Of a DNA stretch of 64,000 nucleotides, positions 1 to 14,060 are shown in pieces. Position 1 is the first letter of the stretch. Every line of letters starts with the position of its first letter. The stretch is from contig OX597818.1 in assembly GCA_951406725.2 (NCBI GenBank), positions 26,536,001 to 26,600,000 of the forward strand, given 5' to 3'. This stretch comes from Octopus vulgaris (lineage: Eukaryota). A program made the position numbers and the translations under genes. The notes beneath the pieces were generated by a model. That model saw nothing but the letters and a program-made list of their open reading frames with translations. It did not search any database and was not told the origin of the DNA.

Positions 1-138
1 ACACACACATACATATGTATAATTGAAATTCATTTGAATTAGGTACTTAAGTTGAAGCACCAAATCAGTGCGGTATTATCCATACAACTCAAAGTAAGGT
101 GAACAAAATCAAAATAAGCAACAGGATATCAAGAGGTG

Positions 139-226
139 ATGCAGTACAATCATTTCAAGTGGCTTTATTTAATTGGACGACGCAATCATTACATCAGTTT
201 AAATGCAGGGCTATCCTCAGCTGCAT
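139..226 (-). ncRNA. Degenerate minimal type-I hammerhead ribozyme motif (Penelope-like/retrozyme-type terminus)
   Basis: Minus strand reads ATGCAG-CTGAGGA-[57-nt degenerate stem II]-GAAA-TGATT-GTA-CTGCAT. It has a CUGANGA box, a GAAA box, a GUA triplet and a perfect 6-bp stem I. TGATTG is the CpG-decayed form of palindromic CGATCG. Confidence 0.55.
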
Positions 227-1247
227 AAATAAATAGATAAATAGAATTTTTAACCAGTTGGACACAATAATATAATTTTACTTACATACTCTAATAGAGC
301 AAGAAGATGGAAAGAAACCATGTTGCCACTTATGTAGCTAAGAATACACTACACTTCCATGAAATGTATGAAGTTTGTTGTGGTCATAGCTTGTAAAGGG
401 TTGTGGTTCATTTTTAATTTATTTGATGCTTCATTGTGATTAAATTGATACCTTGCTATTTTGCATTCTAATTATACTGGAGTGAATGTTCTTGTTCTTG
501 TAGATATGATAAGGACTCAAAGCTGATTAAAATGGTGGTACAACAGTCTAAATCTTGCATCAAAAGGGACAATCACAAAAAAAAAAAAAGATATCTTCAT
601 CATATATGTGTAAGATTTAAAATCACATCTAGCTAGTGAATTTAGAAATAGCCAAGGCACCTATGTATTATGGCACGGTATTAATGAATTGTTGTGAAAG
701 AGTACAGGCTAAACTAAATCTCATATATAATATTGCAAACTAAGTGTATCTATATATATATGTAAAACTCTAAGCAACCTTTTAGATCAGTCTAAAATGA
801 TAGTAAAATTTTAGAAATTCCAATTTTGATACATTTTAAAATTATTACTTTTATTTCTATTTTGAACACCATATTTGCTCAAACCCCACAGCTGTTTCTC
901 TAAAGCCCTTGTTCACTACAATTACAATCTCTCCTTTTTCTTCCTTCTACCTTTAAACTTTGATTCTCTTTGTCAGTTCTACTTAACTCCCTAATTCATG
1001 CTGATTTTTACTGCCATGACAATATTATTATAACAACATAAAAGGAAGGGAGCAAAAATTGCTCATGTTTGGTAAGGAGAATATATTTATGTATTTCCAC
1101 ATTTCATAACTTTTGATTTTAAAAATGTTTAAAAATTATCATGTGTTCTGAAGTTGTTTCACTATTTATTTTGATATTAGAAAAGGACACATTAGATACT
1201 GTACTTCCATATATACAAAAAGATGAGATAATATATCACACAAACTA

Positions 1248-1461
1248 CGGCATTGAGCTGGCAAAATTGTTAGCACTATAGGCAAAATGTATAGCAGTAA
1301 TTTCATCCATCTTTACATTCTCAATTCAAATTCCACCAAGGTTGACATTACCTTTCATTCTTTTGAGGTACACAAAATAAGTACCAGCCAAATATTAGGG
1401 TCGATGTAATCGACAGATCCCCTCCCATGAAATTTCTGGCCTTGTGCCAAAATTTGAAACC
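1248..1461 (+). mobile_element. tRNA-derived SINE, family B (GAGCTGGCAGAA...GAGTTCAAATTCC...AAATAAGTACCAG)
   Basis: Matches other copies in the window (14286, 22646, 39624, 56155). Degenerate 18-bp target-site duplication AATATATCACACAAACTA / AATATATTGCATAAACTA. Confidence 0.85.
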
Positions 1462-3796
1462 AATATATTGCATAAACTAAGAAAATATTTCCTGAGGCTG
1501 ATATTTCTCACAGTAATTTATAGCAATTTTAATGAAATGTAATTGGCTGGAAATTATGAATAATCTAAAATTATGCCTCGAGGTTAGAATTCTTTGTGTC
1601 TAAATTTATTGTATTACTCTTGGTATGGTAAACCCCATTATTAGAATGTATCTTCATTGTATCTTTTCTGAAAGTATTTCCATGGTCATGGCTCAAGCCT
1701 GGTGTTTTCTGTTAAGTCTTTTAAACACATCACCTACTTCTCATCCTACATCTTTAATTTCTCTAATCAGCTTTCTGTTAGTCATAAATCCTTTTATTCT
1801 AATCGTTTCTTTCCTTGAACTGCTGCTCTCTGAAACTCACTATCATCATCTTGTTTCCCTCTGGTCTATGATGTTCTGTTTTTTAAGCTTTCTGCCAATT
1901 GACATCTTTTGAATTTGCAGGCTTCTTCTTTTGTTTATTTGTAGTCCCTTACACTTCACTGACCTTGGGCCTTGTTTGAAATAAAATCACATAAAAAAAA
2001 TTATCAGATTGCTTAATTGCTTTTTAGTTACTTTTCCTTTCTTCTTTTTAATTTGCTCTTAAGGCATCAACAAACAGATGCAAATTTAGTAAAACAAATG
2101 CAAAATATGATGTTCATCATGATTGAAGGCTATCAGATTGGCAGTTTACCTGGAGGCAAACGATAACTCTTGGATTGTAAAGTCAAAGTGTGTGTGGCTT
2201 CTTTGTCTTCACTGATAACTACTGGTGTTCTGCTAAGAAATTAGGCCACATTTACAGCACCACAACCAACAAGCTGCTTAAGCACCAAGATACCATTTGG
2301 GCAACACCAAAAGTGTTGAGCAGGGTGCAATAGATCTCATTACTAGATAAGAAAGAGAAAAGTTTTACTGATGCTGATATTACTTTGGTTTATTTATGTT
2401 TATTTTTTTTTATCAAGTTATTGACCACTTTCACTTCACCTAAGTTCATTTATAATTACCTTAACAAGAAATGAAACAAGATTTTACTAATTTTTAAAAT
2501 GTATGTTTGACTAGTGTATTGATGGAATTCCTTATCAGGTGCACTTATTGAACGCATCAAACATAATCTTGATTGATGAGAATTTGTTAGCTATATCACA
2601 AATTCTCTAACAGTTCTCATTGCTATTCTTAATGTAATGCTATTTTTAAACAATAGGATTCAAGGAGATTCGTATCTGAAAGGGAATCTTTTTCCTTTTA
2701 TAAGATGATTTATGATGTTGGAACTAGAACCTCTTTATTTTATAAAGTATTCTATCAGCTTATTATTTTTTAGCTTTTGCAGATAGTGCACTACCATATC
2801 TCACATATATCTGATCTTTTGCATGGAGTTCAAGATTAAATTTATCTATTACAAAGGCATTTGTTTCTCAAACCTTTTCTGCTATTACAAATTTTAAACA
2901 GCCTGTAACCATGGGTACCTTTATCATTCAACATCCCACCTCTTAAATTATAAAATTTATCTACAACTTAATAAATAATGCAGTATATACATGTATGCTT
3001 TACATTTTCATTGTTTATACTTACTTTCTGTTGCATCAAAGCACCGTATGGTGTCCTCTGGATGGGTGTTAATACAGATAGTAATACTTCCTTACAGCAT
3101 GAAGCAGGATTAGAAATTTGAATTTGAAATCAAGGAATATGAAAAAGATACAAAAAGTTTGTGTGTTTGTGTGTGTGTGTGTTGAGTGTTTAGTTCTGTT
3201 TTATCCTTTTTAGGCATCTTAGTATGTCTCAACCTGTAAATTCATTAGAGGTATCATAAAGAGAGGCATTACATCAAAATACTGTGTATTACAAGTGTCA
3301 GTTTATCGTATGCTGTTTGCTCAAAATGCAGCTAATCCCTGTGTATTTATCTCATTTTCATTTCTAATTCTTTAATTTCTAGGGTGATATGTCCTCACCT
3401 ATAAAAAATACCAAGATTGTCCCTAGTGCAGCATGTTTCCAAATAGTTTATTTGGTTAGGTGATGTTCTATAAGCTACTGGTACCATGTAGCTAAGTACA
3501 GCCAGTCTCATGGTTGGGTAACCCACTGCCATCCAGTTTTCTGAATGGAGAGGGTGTGTAAACACTTGACAGGGTTAAAAATAAATCCTGTTGAAGGATG
3601 GTAAAGCTTTTTACAGAGAACTGAACCTGTTCAGGAAACAGACACCACAAAGTTATCTATAGTGAATCATCTCTTGGTGTGTACCCATGGCCTCTCATAG
3701 TTATGAACTTTTATGGATATTTACTATAAATATTATTTCTGTAATTTTGTATCTAGGTGTTCTCAAGTCTCTGTTTATTTTAATGAAATATACTGA

Positions 3797-4170
3797 CATG
3801 GCTGTGTAGCTAAGAAGTTTGCTTCTCAAAAATGTGGTTTCAGGTTCAGTCCTAATGCACAGTGCCTTGTGCAAATGTCTTCTACTGTAGCCTCAGGCTA
3901 ACCAATGCCTTGTGACAGAAACTGAATGAAGCCTGGTGTGTGTGTGAACTTTGCACAACATTCACAAACAGTTAACCGCAAACATTGAAGTTCAACAATT
4001 CCTTGTCAGCAAATTGTCTTATAGTCCCATGCTTTGAAAATGCTGAAATTTAAAAAATCCCTTACTTGAGAAACGAATAAAGGTTAGTGACAGAAAAAGT
4101 GCCCAACTATAAAACAATTCCTCAGTATATATTCATCTGACCCATGCAAACATGGAAAAACAGATGTCAA
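3797..4170 (+). mobile_element. Composite SINE: family-A tRNA-like head plus RTE-like 3' tail
   Basis: Head ATGGCTGTGTAGCTAAGAAG...GGTTCAGTCC resembles the 62079 copy. Tail CCCATGCAAACATGGAAAA..GATGTCAAA resembles the RTE-tail family. Confidence 0.7.
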
Positions 4171-4264
4171 ACAAATATTATTTGCTTAATTAAATAGTAT
4201 TCTCATACAGACAAATAGCATAGTAGATAGACATTTTCATATTTTAAATGTTTCTTCCTCATTA

Positions 4265-4452
4265 CTGCTGTAATTTTCTTCATTAATATTGCTGTCTTCA
4301 TTACTATCATTGTCGTTGCCATCTTCATAATCATCATCATTACTTTTAATATAATCATCATTGCTGTTGTCATCATCATTTCATCATTGTTCTCTTCATC
4401 ACCACCATCGCCTTCAACAATTTCATCATCGTTATCATTGTCATCATCAACA
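4265..4452. repeat. Degenerate (CAT/TCA)n trinucleotide tract
   Basis: Visible TCATCA/CATCAT periodicity. Confidence 0.75.
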
Positions 4453-4664
4453 AATATTTATGCATACTGTATGCAGTTGTTAAGTGGTAGTAGAGGACAA
4501 ATGCACACACACACACACACACACACACTATAATATATATGAAACAGGCTTCTTTTAGTTTCCATGTCCCAAATTCACTCAAGAGACTTTGGTTGGCCTG
4601 GAGCTATAGTAAATGACACTTTGTGGCATAATCTTGTACCATTTCTGTACAATGCAAGCTGGAA

Positions 4665-4846
4665 GAATCATTAGTATGCCAGGTAAAGTGTTTTGCAGCA
4701 TTTTGCCCATCTTTTAATTCAGAGTTCAAATTCTACCGAGGTTGACTTTGTCTCTCATCCTTTCAGGGTTGATAAAATAAGTACCGGTTGAGCACTGGAG
4801 AAGATGTAACCAAATATACTGCCTTTGTGCCAAAAATTGAAACCAA
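4665..4846 (+). mobile_element. SINE family B, degraded
   Basis: GAGTTCAAATTCTACCGAGGTTGACTTTG..TCATCCTTTCAGGGTTGATAAAATAAGTACC. Confidence 0.8.
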
Positions 4847-4867
4847 TATAAATGGTAAAACATTATA

Positions 4868-5285
4868 TATTCACCATATTTCATGAGAATGAGGGTCCAC
4901 TGGTGAGTGACATAGGAATGTAAAGATCCAGTAAATTTGTTTTTATTAAAGCTGTACTGGTGGTCATTAATGAGGGAAAGAGGTTTTAAAATGGTTGCGA
5001 AAACTGGTGTTAATAGCTGTTTCCATTACCTTTCCAATGTTGAAAGTGAAGATGGTAAGACAATAAGTGATAGAGTGGTTGTTCTTCTTGGGAATGGCAC
5101 ATGCTGTAGCATGTTTTCAAAGATCAGGCTATAACCCTGTAAAGTTAGAGATTTATCTGGATAGGAGATAGGTCTGGTGGGGTTGCATTGATACAGAGTA
5201 GTATTAAGGACATGACTAGTGACCTTATTGATTGGAAGTACCATCCCTTCTAGCATGTATGCTTGCATGGTGCTGAATCTGGTCA
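4868..5285 (-). mobile_element. LINE (CR1/L2-group) reverse transcriptase relic
   Basis: Frameshifted minus-strand translation ...KVMETAINT...SLINDHQYSFNKNKFTGSLHSYVTHQWTLILMKYGE resembles the RT segment (L)xDxQYGFRxxRSTxDLL. Appears to be the same family as 28900-29530. Confidence 0.65.
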
Positions 5286-5359
5286 AATAAAAAAGAATAA
5301 GGAAAATTTTGAAGGAAATGTACCAAATCTTGGAACAAAGAGAAGCAAAACCAAGTACT

Positions 5360-5585
5360 GTACTGCCTTTTTACTATTGTTTAGCCCTGTTCAAACAAAC
5401 CTCTGATAGAAGGCATTTCAGCCCTGACCATTCCCTTTTCTTTTCAATGAATGTATCTAAAACTATATTATGTAAGGTCTCCTTCCCTTTTCAAGAGAAG
5501 GTATATGGTTTGAAGAAGATTTGGTTACTATTTCTAGCAGAGCAAGTGATTAATAAAAGCTCTCCACATTGTCTCATATCTATAC
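5360..5585 (+). repeat. Old interspersed repeat, family D (…GACCTATGATC…GGAGATTTGGCTGCTATTTCTAGCAGG…)
   Basis: Diverged copies recur at about 6610-6740, 30790-31010, 37455-37660, 46400-46600(-), 50985-51390, 54870-55050, 57230-57410(-) and 61070-61660(-). Confidence 0.6.
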
Positions 5586-6404
5586 TGTAATGTACTCTAC
5601 TGTTTTGATTATCTACGCCAGTCCATACCAAATGATAGCCATGTAAATACACTGAACTGACAAAAGTTTCTATTCTATTTATTACACAATCAGGTATGTG
5701 ACAGTGTAATAAATAAATCTAGTTGTGCTCTATTTCTATGAATTCTCCCTTAAACCTCATTACTTCTCTGTGGATGCTTACTAGCCCAGAGCTACTCATT
5801 TAATATATGATCTGTTGGTAAGATAAAATTGGACTTCAGTTCTAGAATCTAATCAGTTTTTTAATATTATGACTTCAGGCTGCTAATCTTAAATGAAGGT
5901 AGAAAGAAAAAAGTAGTTAGATGAAATATAATGGTCCTAATAATGAGATATCTAGTATTCAATAATGAGATCCAGAGAAAAAAATATTCAAGCAAAATAT
6001 AAATGTTGTGATGGAATAGTTCTCATGGCTGCGTTCATGAGAAGTTCACTTTGCAACTGCATAGTTCCAAGTTTGATTCTATTGTATGGCACCTTGGTCT
6101 TTCACAGCAACCTCAAGTTGATCAGTGTCTTGTGAGTGTAAATAGATGTGTGTGTGTGTGTGTTTGTATTGTGTTTACATTTTATCTCTTTATACTCCAT
6201 AACTTAGAAACTCAGCAAATAGGTATGATGAAATCTGTATCAGGTTAAAACAAGTACTGGAGTTATGATCAACTAAAACCTTAAAGGTGGTGCCTCAGTA
6301 TTAATCAGTAAAATCTTGCTTTTAAAAATATGTTATTTTTAGAAGCAGATTCTTGGTCAAAGATATTCCACTTTTAACAATCTTATTTTTTTTTTCCTGT
6401 TATA

Positions 6405-6606
6405 GTGCTGAAAAGTTCCTGGCTTTAAGGGTATTACAAAAGGCCTGGCTGGAGGTCCTACCTTCCGACTTCTTTTACAGGGTTCAGTAAAACTGAGGAT
6501 CACTGCAATAAGTGTGTGAATCTGAGAGAAGATTATATTGAATAAAATCATAATTAACTGATCCCCCTGTATTTTCTTTTACCGAAAGCCAGGAACTTTT
6601 CAGCAC
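6405..6606. mobile_element. Tc1/mariner-type MITE
   Basis: Perfect 22-bp terminal inverted repeat GTGCTGAAAAGTTCCTGGCTTT (6405-6426) / AAAGCCAGGAACTTTTCAGCAC (6585-6606). No internal coding capacity. Confidence 0.85.
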
Positions 6607-7569
6607 CCTTTGTATCTCAAACTAAATTGTAACCAATATATCCTGTCATTTTTAAAATGGTAGGGTGAGGTTTTTTAAGGAGATCCAGGTGCTAATTTTA
6701 GTAGGTTGCACAACTATGTAATGATTTCCTTGGTTTAAGTATGTGATATGTTTTGGTATCAGTGATGTGGACTACACTGCTTTCCTAAGATGTAAGATTT
6801 CAAATAGATTCAGTGAATATTTGAAATATTTTTTTAAGTATGAATCATGAATAAGAAAAAAACGAGGACTATTTATTTTGGTTCTAAAATTTTGATTCTG
6901 CAGTAATCTCATATGAATAGAATGTTTTCTTCCTTTACGTGCCAGCATTTAATTTTCTTATAAATAAATACATTCCAAAATTCATTATAGGCTGCATAGG
7001 GTTCCCCAGTGTGATGCATATGGCCTGTTGATTTAATATTTTACATATTATACACGAACAGAAATACTAACAAAAAATGCTTAAAAAAAAAGCAAATGAA
7101 ACTATTTTAACCTTTTATATTTATACAGTCAAGAATGGTTGTTTGCATATCTTATAAAATGTAAAACCATGTTTGGGAGCTAAAGATGAATCATTGAGTG
7201 TACTTATTCAAAATTCTCATAGAAAATAAAGGTTTGAAAAGAATTCAGGCAAGAAAGATAAATGTAAGTGCAACCAGCAGTAAGTAACATAATGAGTGAA
7301 GGAAATTACCCATTGGTATGGAAAATAATTAGTAAAGTAAGCACTAACACACTTAATGTAACTAGCAAGGAAACTAATTAATCAAGGTTCTCCTGAATTG
7401 TGAAGAGGTAAACACTGAAACAACATTTAAATTTAACCAAGACAGGCAGGAGTAGCAACCTCAAATATTAAAAAAATGTAATAAAAGGGCTGACCACTGA
7501 ATTTCCATCAATTACAACTAGACATATGGTAAACTTAATAAAATTCAAACATCTCCAGAGTTTTTGCTG

Positions 7570-7678
7570 TCATCATCGTCATTTAACGTCCGCTTTCCAT
7601 GCTGGCATGAGTTGGATGGTTTGACTGAGGGCTGGCAAGCTAGAAGGCTGCACCAGGCTCCAATCCGATCTGGCACTG
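7570..7678 (-). mobile_element. RTE-type LINE/SINE 3' tail fragment
   Basis: (CAT)n followed by TTTAACGTCCGCTTTCCATGCTGGCATG. Many copies in the window (16510, 24182, 37915, 60545, 63330). Confidence 0.8.
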
Positions 7679-8914
7679 TACCTTTCAAAAATCAAATTAA
7701 TTGTTCCTTTCACTGTATGTCTATTTCCAATTATAATTAATTGAGATTTATGTGTAGTCAGTCTATTTCAACTTTTTTTTTGCAATTTTTGTTACCCTTG
7801 ACTATCTTGTGTAGATTTATGCATTGACTTAGTGGTTACCCTTCCACAATTCTGGCACTCTTGATCAATTAATTTCCTTGCTAACCACATTGTTTTAGCA
7901 TTTATTTTACTGATAGAACGTAGGCAAGTTCATTGTAAACTGAAACTGCAGCTCAGAATTGGTTCCTTATATAACTGGTGCTACTTCACTTGTGTTATTG
8001 ATGCTCCTGGGAAAGATGTGCATCACAACAACTATTTTCCCTTTCCTTAAGTTAGTATGTCTAATATCACTTATTACTGATTACCACTGATAATCTTGCA
8101 GGAAGGGCAGTATTTGACATTTGACTGTTTCACCAGTGAATAAAACTGATAAATATTTATCATTTGTCCCTTAAGCAAGAGCTTTATAGATATATGGATA
8201 TTGACCTGGTGGGAGACAAAAGTTTTTAATTTGTCATCAGTATTATGATGATATAACCTTCCTTGGCAAAAACATTCAGTTGTCAATGGGTCAGCTCACT
8301 TAATTGTAATTAGGTACAGCTAACTATTGCAAACTGCGAGCTTACAGTGTAGGTTTCTAATTTCTAATCTTCTTTCAGGCCAGAAGAAGAAAAAAAAATC
8401 ATTGTAATATATTTTCTTTCAGAGTTTTACATAAAGGCAATATCTACAATTCTTCCCAATGTCACAACGTGAGACATTATTGTCTAATTATAAGAGTATG
8501 TGAGTGCTTATATTACAATAACTATACCATACCATAGTTTCACTTTAGAGCCCAAAAGATTGCCACAGAAGACTATTAACTAAAATCAACAATTACCTAA
8601 AAACCAACATGAAACCATAGTATTAATCAACTGGAATAATTACTTAAAGATAAATGCTTTGAATATGTTACCCCAATAATGGTGCATTTTGGTGACTGAA
8701 ACCAGGAAAAGAATGTATCAGACACCTTATTCTTTACTGGAAAGTTGTATTGGACACTTCAGTGCATACAAACATAAAAGTATACATACACACATATGTA
8801 TCCACATACCTTACGCATGTGAATATATATACATATATATTTATTTATTTATTTATTTATTTATTTATGAGTTTCAGCCAAGTGGCTGCAGTCATGCTGG
8901 AGCACCACCATGAC

Positions 8915-10346
8915 TTTTCTTCCTTATGCTGTGCTCTCTGCATGTTTCTTGCATGGCTCTTCCCTGCCACCTGATGTAGTCCAATCAAGAATTTCGATGG
9001 CACATCTGGTGTATAAGAGAATTTGACATCGCTGCCCTCAACTGTGTCTCATTTCGAGCCATCAGTTCGTCTGAGATCGTGGATAGGAATGTGTCGAGTT
9101 TTGTTTTGAAGACCTCTATATCCATGTCTTGTAGGGCTCTCAATTGTTTTGGCAGGGCATTAAAGAGCTGAGGTCCTCTGAAACCGAGGCTGTTGCAGTA
9201 CCTTGTTCTTATGTGAGATGCAGTGGACAGTACCCTTGGTATGCAGTGGCAACCTGTGCGGGCATTTGTGTAGTACTTGACGCCAAACTTTGGTACCAGT
9301 CCTTCCAGTATTTTCCATATGTAAATTATTACATATCTCTCCCGCCTGCACTCCAGTGAGTAGAGACTTAGTGCCTTCAGTCGCTCCCTGTAGTTCATCT
9401 GCTGGACTGTGGCAATCTTTTTTGTATAGTGATGCTGAATTGCCTCGAGTTCTGCTGTCAGTTTGACACTGTGTGGTGACTACAACTGAGAGCAATAGTC
9501 TAGGCAGCTCAAAACAAATGTCTTCCATAGAGTCAACATGACTTTTTGATACCTTGTTTTGGATGTCCTCAGTATCCACCCTGCCAGTTGTCTGCACTTT
9601 GCTGTCAACTTGACAATGTGCATGTGAAATGATGCATCACTACACATGCTGATGCCCAGGTCTCTCACTGTTTGTGGTTCTGGGATTGCAGTACCTCCAG
9701 GTCCTGTGTATGCCAGTTGGAGGGGGGGCACTTGTGGTCTTGCAGCGCAGTACTTGAAATATTTTAGCATTGAACCACATATTATTTTGCTCTGCCCACT
9801 TGTATATTGCATTTAGGTCATTCTGCAGGCTTATGACATCATCAGGATTCTTTATTGCCTGAGATAGTTTTGTGTCATCAGCGTAGCTAGTGACAATGGC
9901 TGTCTGAGAGACTGTGGGCATGTCCAGACAGGCTACTATGAACAGTTATGGCCCCAGGACAGTTCCTTGTGGAACATCTCTCAATATTTATGTTTCCCTA
10001 GATAATTCTCCATTGGCTGCAACTGCCTGGCTTCTACCATTCAGGAAGTCATGCAGCACACTCTCCTAATTTACCAGCCATGCCAAGGTTTCGCAGACTG
10101 TGACATATCATGCCATGATCAACTTTGTCAAAGGCTTTTGCAAAGTCGAGATATATCACATCAACATTTGAATGGTCAAGTAGCTGCTTCAGGACCCAAT
10201 CATAATGCTGCAAGAGCTGTGTGAGGCAGCTTCTACCTGGACGGAAATCATGCTTGGGGGTCTCATTCAGCAAGTCATTTCCTTCTAGGAATGCAATCAA
10301 CTTCCTTCTGACAATTCATTCCATGACTTTGCTAATATGTGAAGTC
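8915..10346 (-). mobile_element. 5'-truncated CR1/L2-group LINE, frameshifted RT and C-terminal domain
   Basis: ORF pieces with RT motifs: [63 protein letters not shown] and YRERLKALSLYSLECRRERY. Multiple stops and frameshifts. Confidence 0.95.
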
Positions 10347-10348
10347 AG

Positions 10349-11964
<1,616 letters not shown>

Positions 11965-11974
11965 ATAAATAAGA

Positions 11975-12660
11975 AAGTGGAGAGGATACAAAATCGACAG
12001 ACATCAGCTGGTAAACATTCTAGTATGTCTATTTATTCCAATGTATTAGATGAATACATACACATGTATTAGTATTACAGAAATGAACAGATTGTCAGTA
12101 GATGCTAGTTTCTTACAGCTGTTTCTGTCAAGAGGTAACAAAATCCTCCAGGTTATCTCCATCTCTTCAGTGATCTGTAGGGATGGGCCGATAAGGCTTA
12201 GATGATGAATGTGCCTCTAGGCTTCTTCAGATGGTCTAAGTGGTTGGGAGGGCTAATACATATAAGAAACAGTTAATAATCAAAAACTGGAAGAGAGGAA
12301 AAAGAAAAGAAAAAAGGAAAGCGAAGAGAGAGAGATAATAAAGAAATGAAGAGAGGGAAAGTGTACTGGTTAGTGGTCAGTCAAGATAAATTGATAGAAG
12401 GAATGGGGAGGCGAGGGTGATAGAGAGAAAGAAAGATATGAGAGGGTAAAGAGTAAAGGAGTATCAGGTAGAAGTAATGAGGTGTTGAGGGTGATAGAGA
12501 GTGTAAAGATATGAGAGGGTAAATAGTAAAAGAGTGTCAGGTATGTAGTGATAGAGCCTAAGTGAGGGGCAGAGAGAGAGGGTTAGGGTAGTAAAATGGT
12601 AGAAAGAAGAATTTGGGAATATAGGTTAGGTTGGTTAGAGGACAGGTCAGTGCTTAATCG
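11975..12660 (-). mobile_element. Probable non-autonomous Penelope-like/retrozyme-like element with hammerhead-like motif and purine-skewed body
   Basis: Minus strand CTGAAGA (12170-12164), a stem GAGATAAC/GTTACCTC, then GAAA-CAGCTG-TA (12125-12114). Internal ~58-bp direct duplication at about 12412-12470 / 12487-12543. Boundaries approximate. Confidence 0.45.
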
Positions 12661-12968
12661 TAGAATATATATATGTGAAGATGTATACACATGCATATAT
12701 TAAACATGTATATAGATATTTATACATGTCAACACCTATACATACAACATGTACTCATATGTATATGTAAGTCTGAAATTTGTCACGGCCTTGGAATTTT
12801 ATCTCATTCTGTTAATTTTTTTTATATATACACATGCTGATATATGACCTCCATTGGACTCCTTATTTGCATAATCACCAAATGAGGAGCTTAACTATAG
12901 TCTGTCCTTAGCACTTACTCAGTACTACCTGACACTTTTGGGTCTTATTGACACCATTACTTCTCATA

Positions 12969-12970
<2 letters not shown>

Positions 12971-13052
<82 letters not shown>
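12971..13052. repeat. (CT)n(TA)n microsatellite
   Basis: Directly visible. Confidence 0.98.
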
Positions 13053-13055
<3 letters not shown>

Positions 13056-14060
13056 TACACACACCAGGGAACCTGATAATGTGATAAGAATCTAATGAAG
13101 CAAAGCTAGATAACAAGCAGAAGTGGGATTTAACCATAATCAATTATATACAGTCAGTAAAGACAAACCAAGACTTTATGCACAGTGTGGTAGACATAGC
13201 TTCTTCTCAAGGCTTAATTCTTAGGATTAGGTGTTGTCAATGAATGTGGGTAGCTAATGTTTGACATTTTTCATTTACTCAATTACTTTGATGTTGTAGA
13301 TTCTGCCAAACAGAGCTAACTGGGGTTTATCAACATAAAATACATTTTAAGTAGAACTGACAGAATGTGATGGAAAATAAGGATATTGTTAATGAAAACA
13401 TTAAGTTGTCTAGCTGGATCAATTCAACTTTAATCATTACATTATCCAACAGAAGCAGAAAGACTGACATTTTTCTTTTTTTACTTTTGCACCATTATTT
13501 GTTCAAAATACTGTCCAAAATTATTTATCTGTTTATTGAGATTAGTTTAATTGATTTCTATTTGTGTGTATGTAACACAAACTTTTTACTCCAATTACTA
13601 TTTAAACTATTTAAACTGTGCATGTTTAGATATTTACTTTCACACAAATTAAATGAAAGCAAAACCAAATGATCAATTATGTTATTTGATAATTCCAAAT
13701 TCAGAATAGCATGCTTTGGTAAATTACTGGGGAGTCTGTTTTGAATAACAGATCTGTGATTCATTAATGGCAAATTTTACCATGTTAGTTATAGCATCTA
13801 AACAAATCCTTGTTTTCTAAAATGATCTATTTAATTTTAACTTAAATTTTGTTATTGTTGCTGCTGCTGCTGCTGCTCTCATCATTCTCAGTGTACACAA
13901 AATTCCTTTTATCCATGTGATTTAGTTGTATAATAGTTTTATGTATGTTATATTCTTTATTTAGCTGTTGTTTTTGTTCAAGGGAATGAATAGGAGTTAG
14001 TTATGAAGAAACAATATGCTTTTATTGATATTCAAACAACAATTATTTCATTAAAAATCT

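Noticed and set aside
5026-5286. NPTRPIS motif suggesting a Penelope RT
   Set aside because: Downstream frames give DHQYSF...THQW...YGE, matching the CR1/L2-group family also seen at 29142-29530.
8074-8286. VKYCPSCK motif, Gypsy integrase zinc-binding-like
   Set aside because: A single short motif with no other integrase or LTR evidence.
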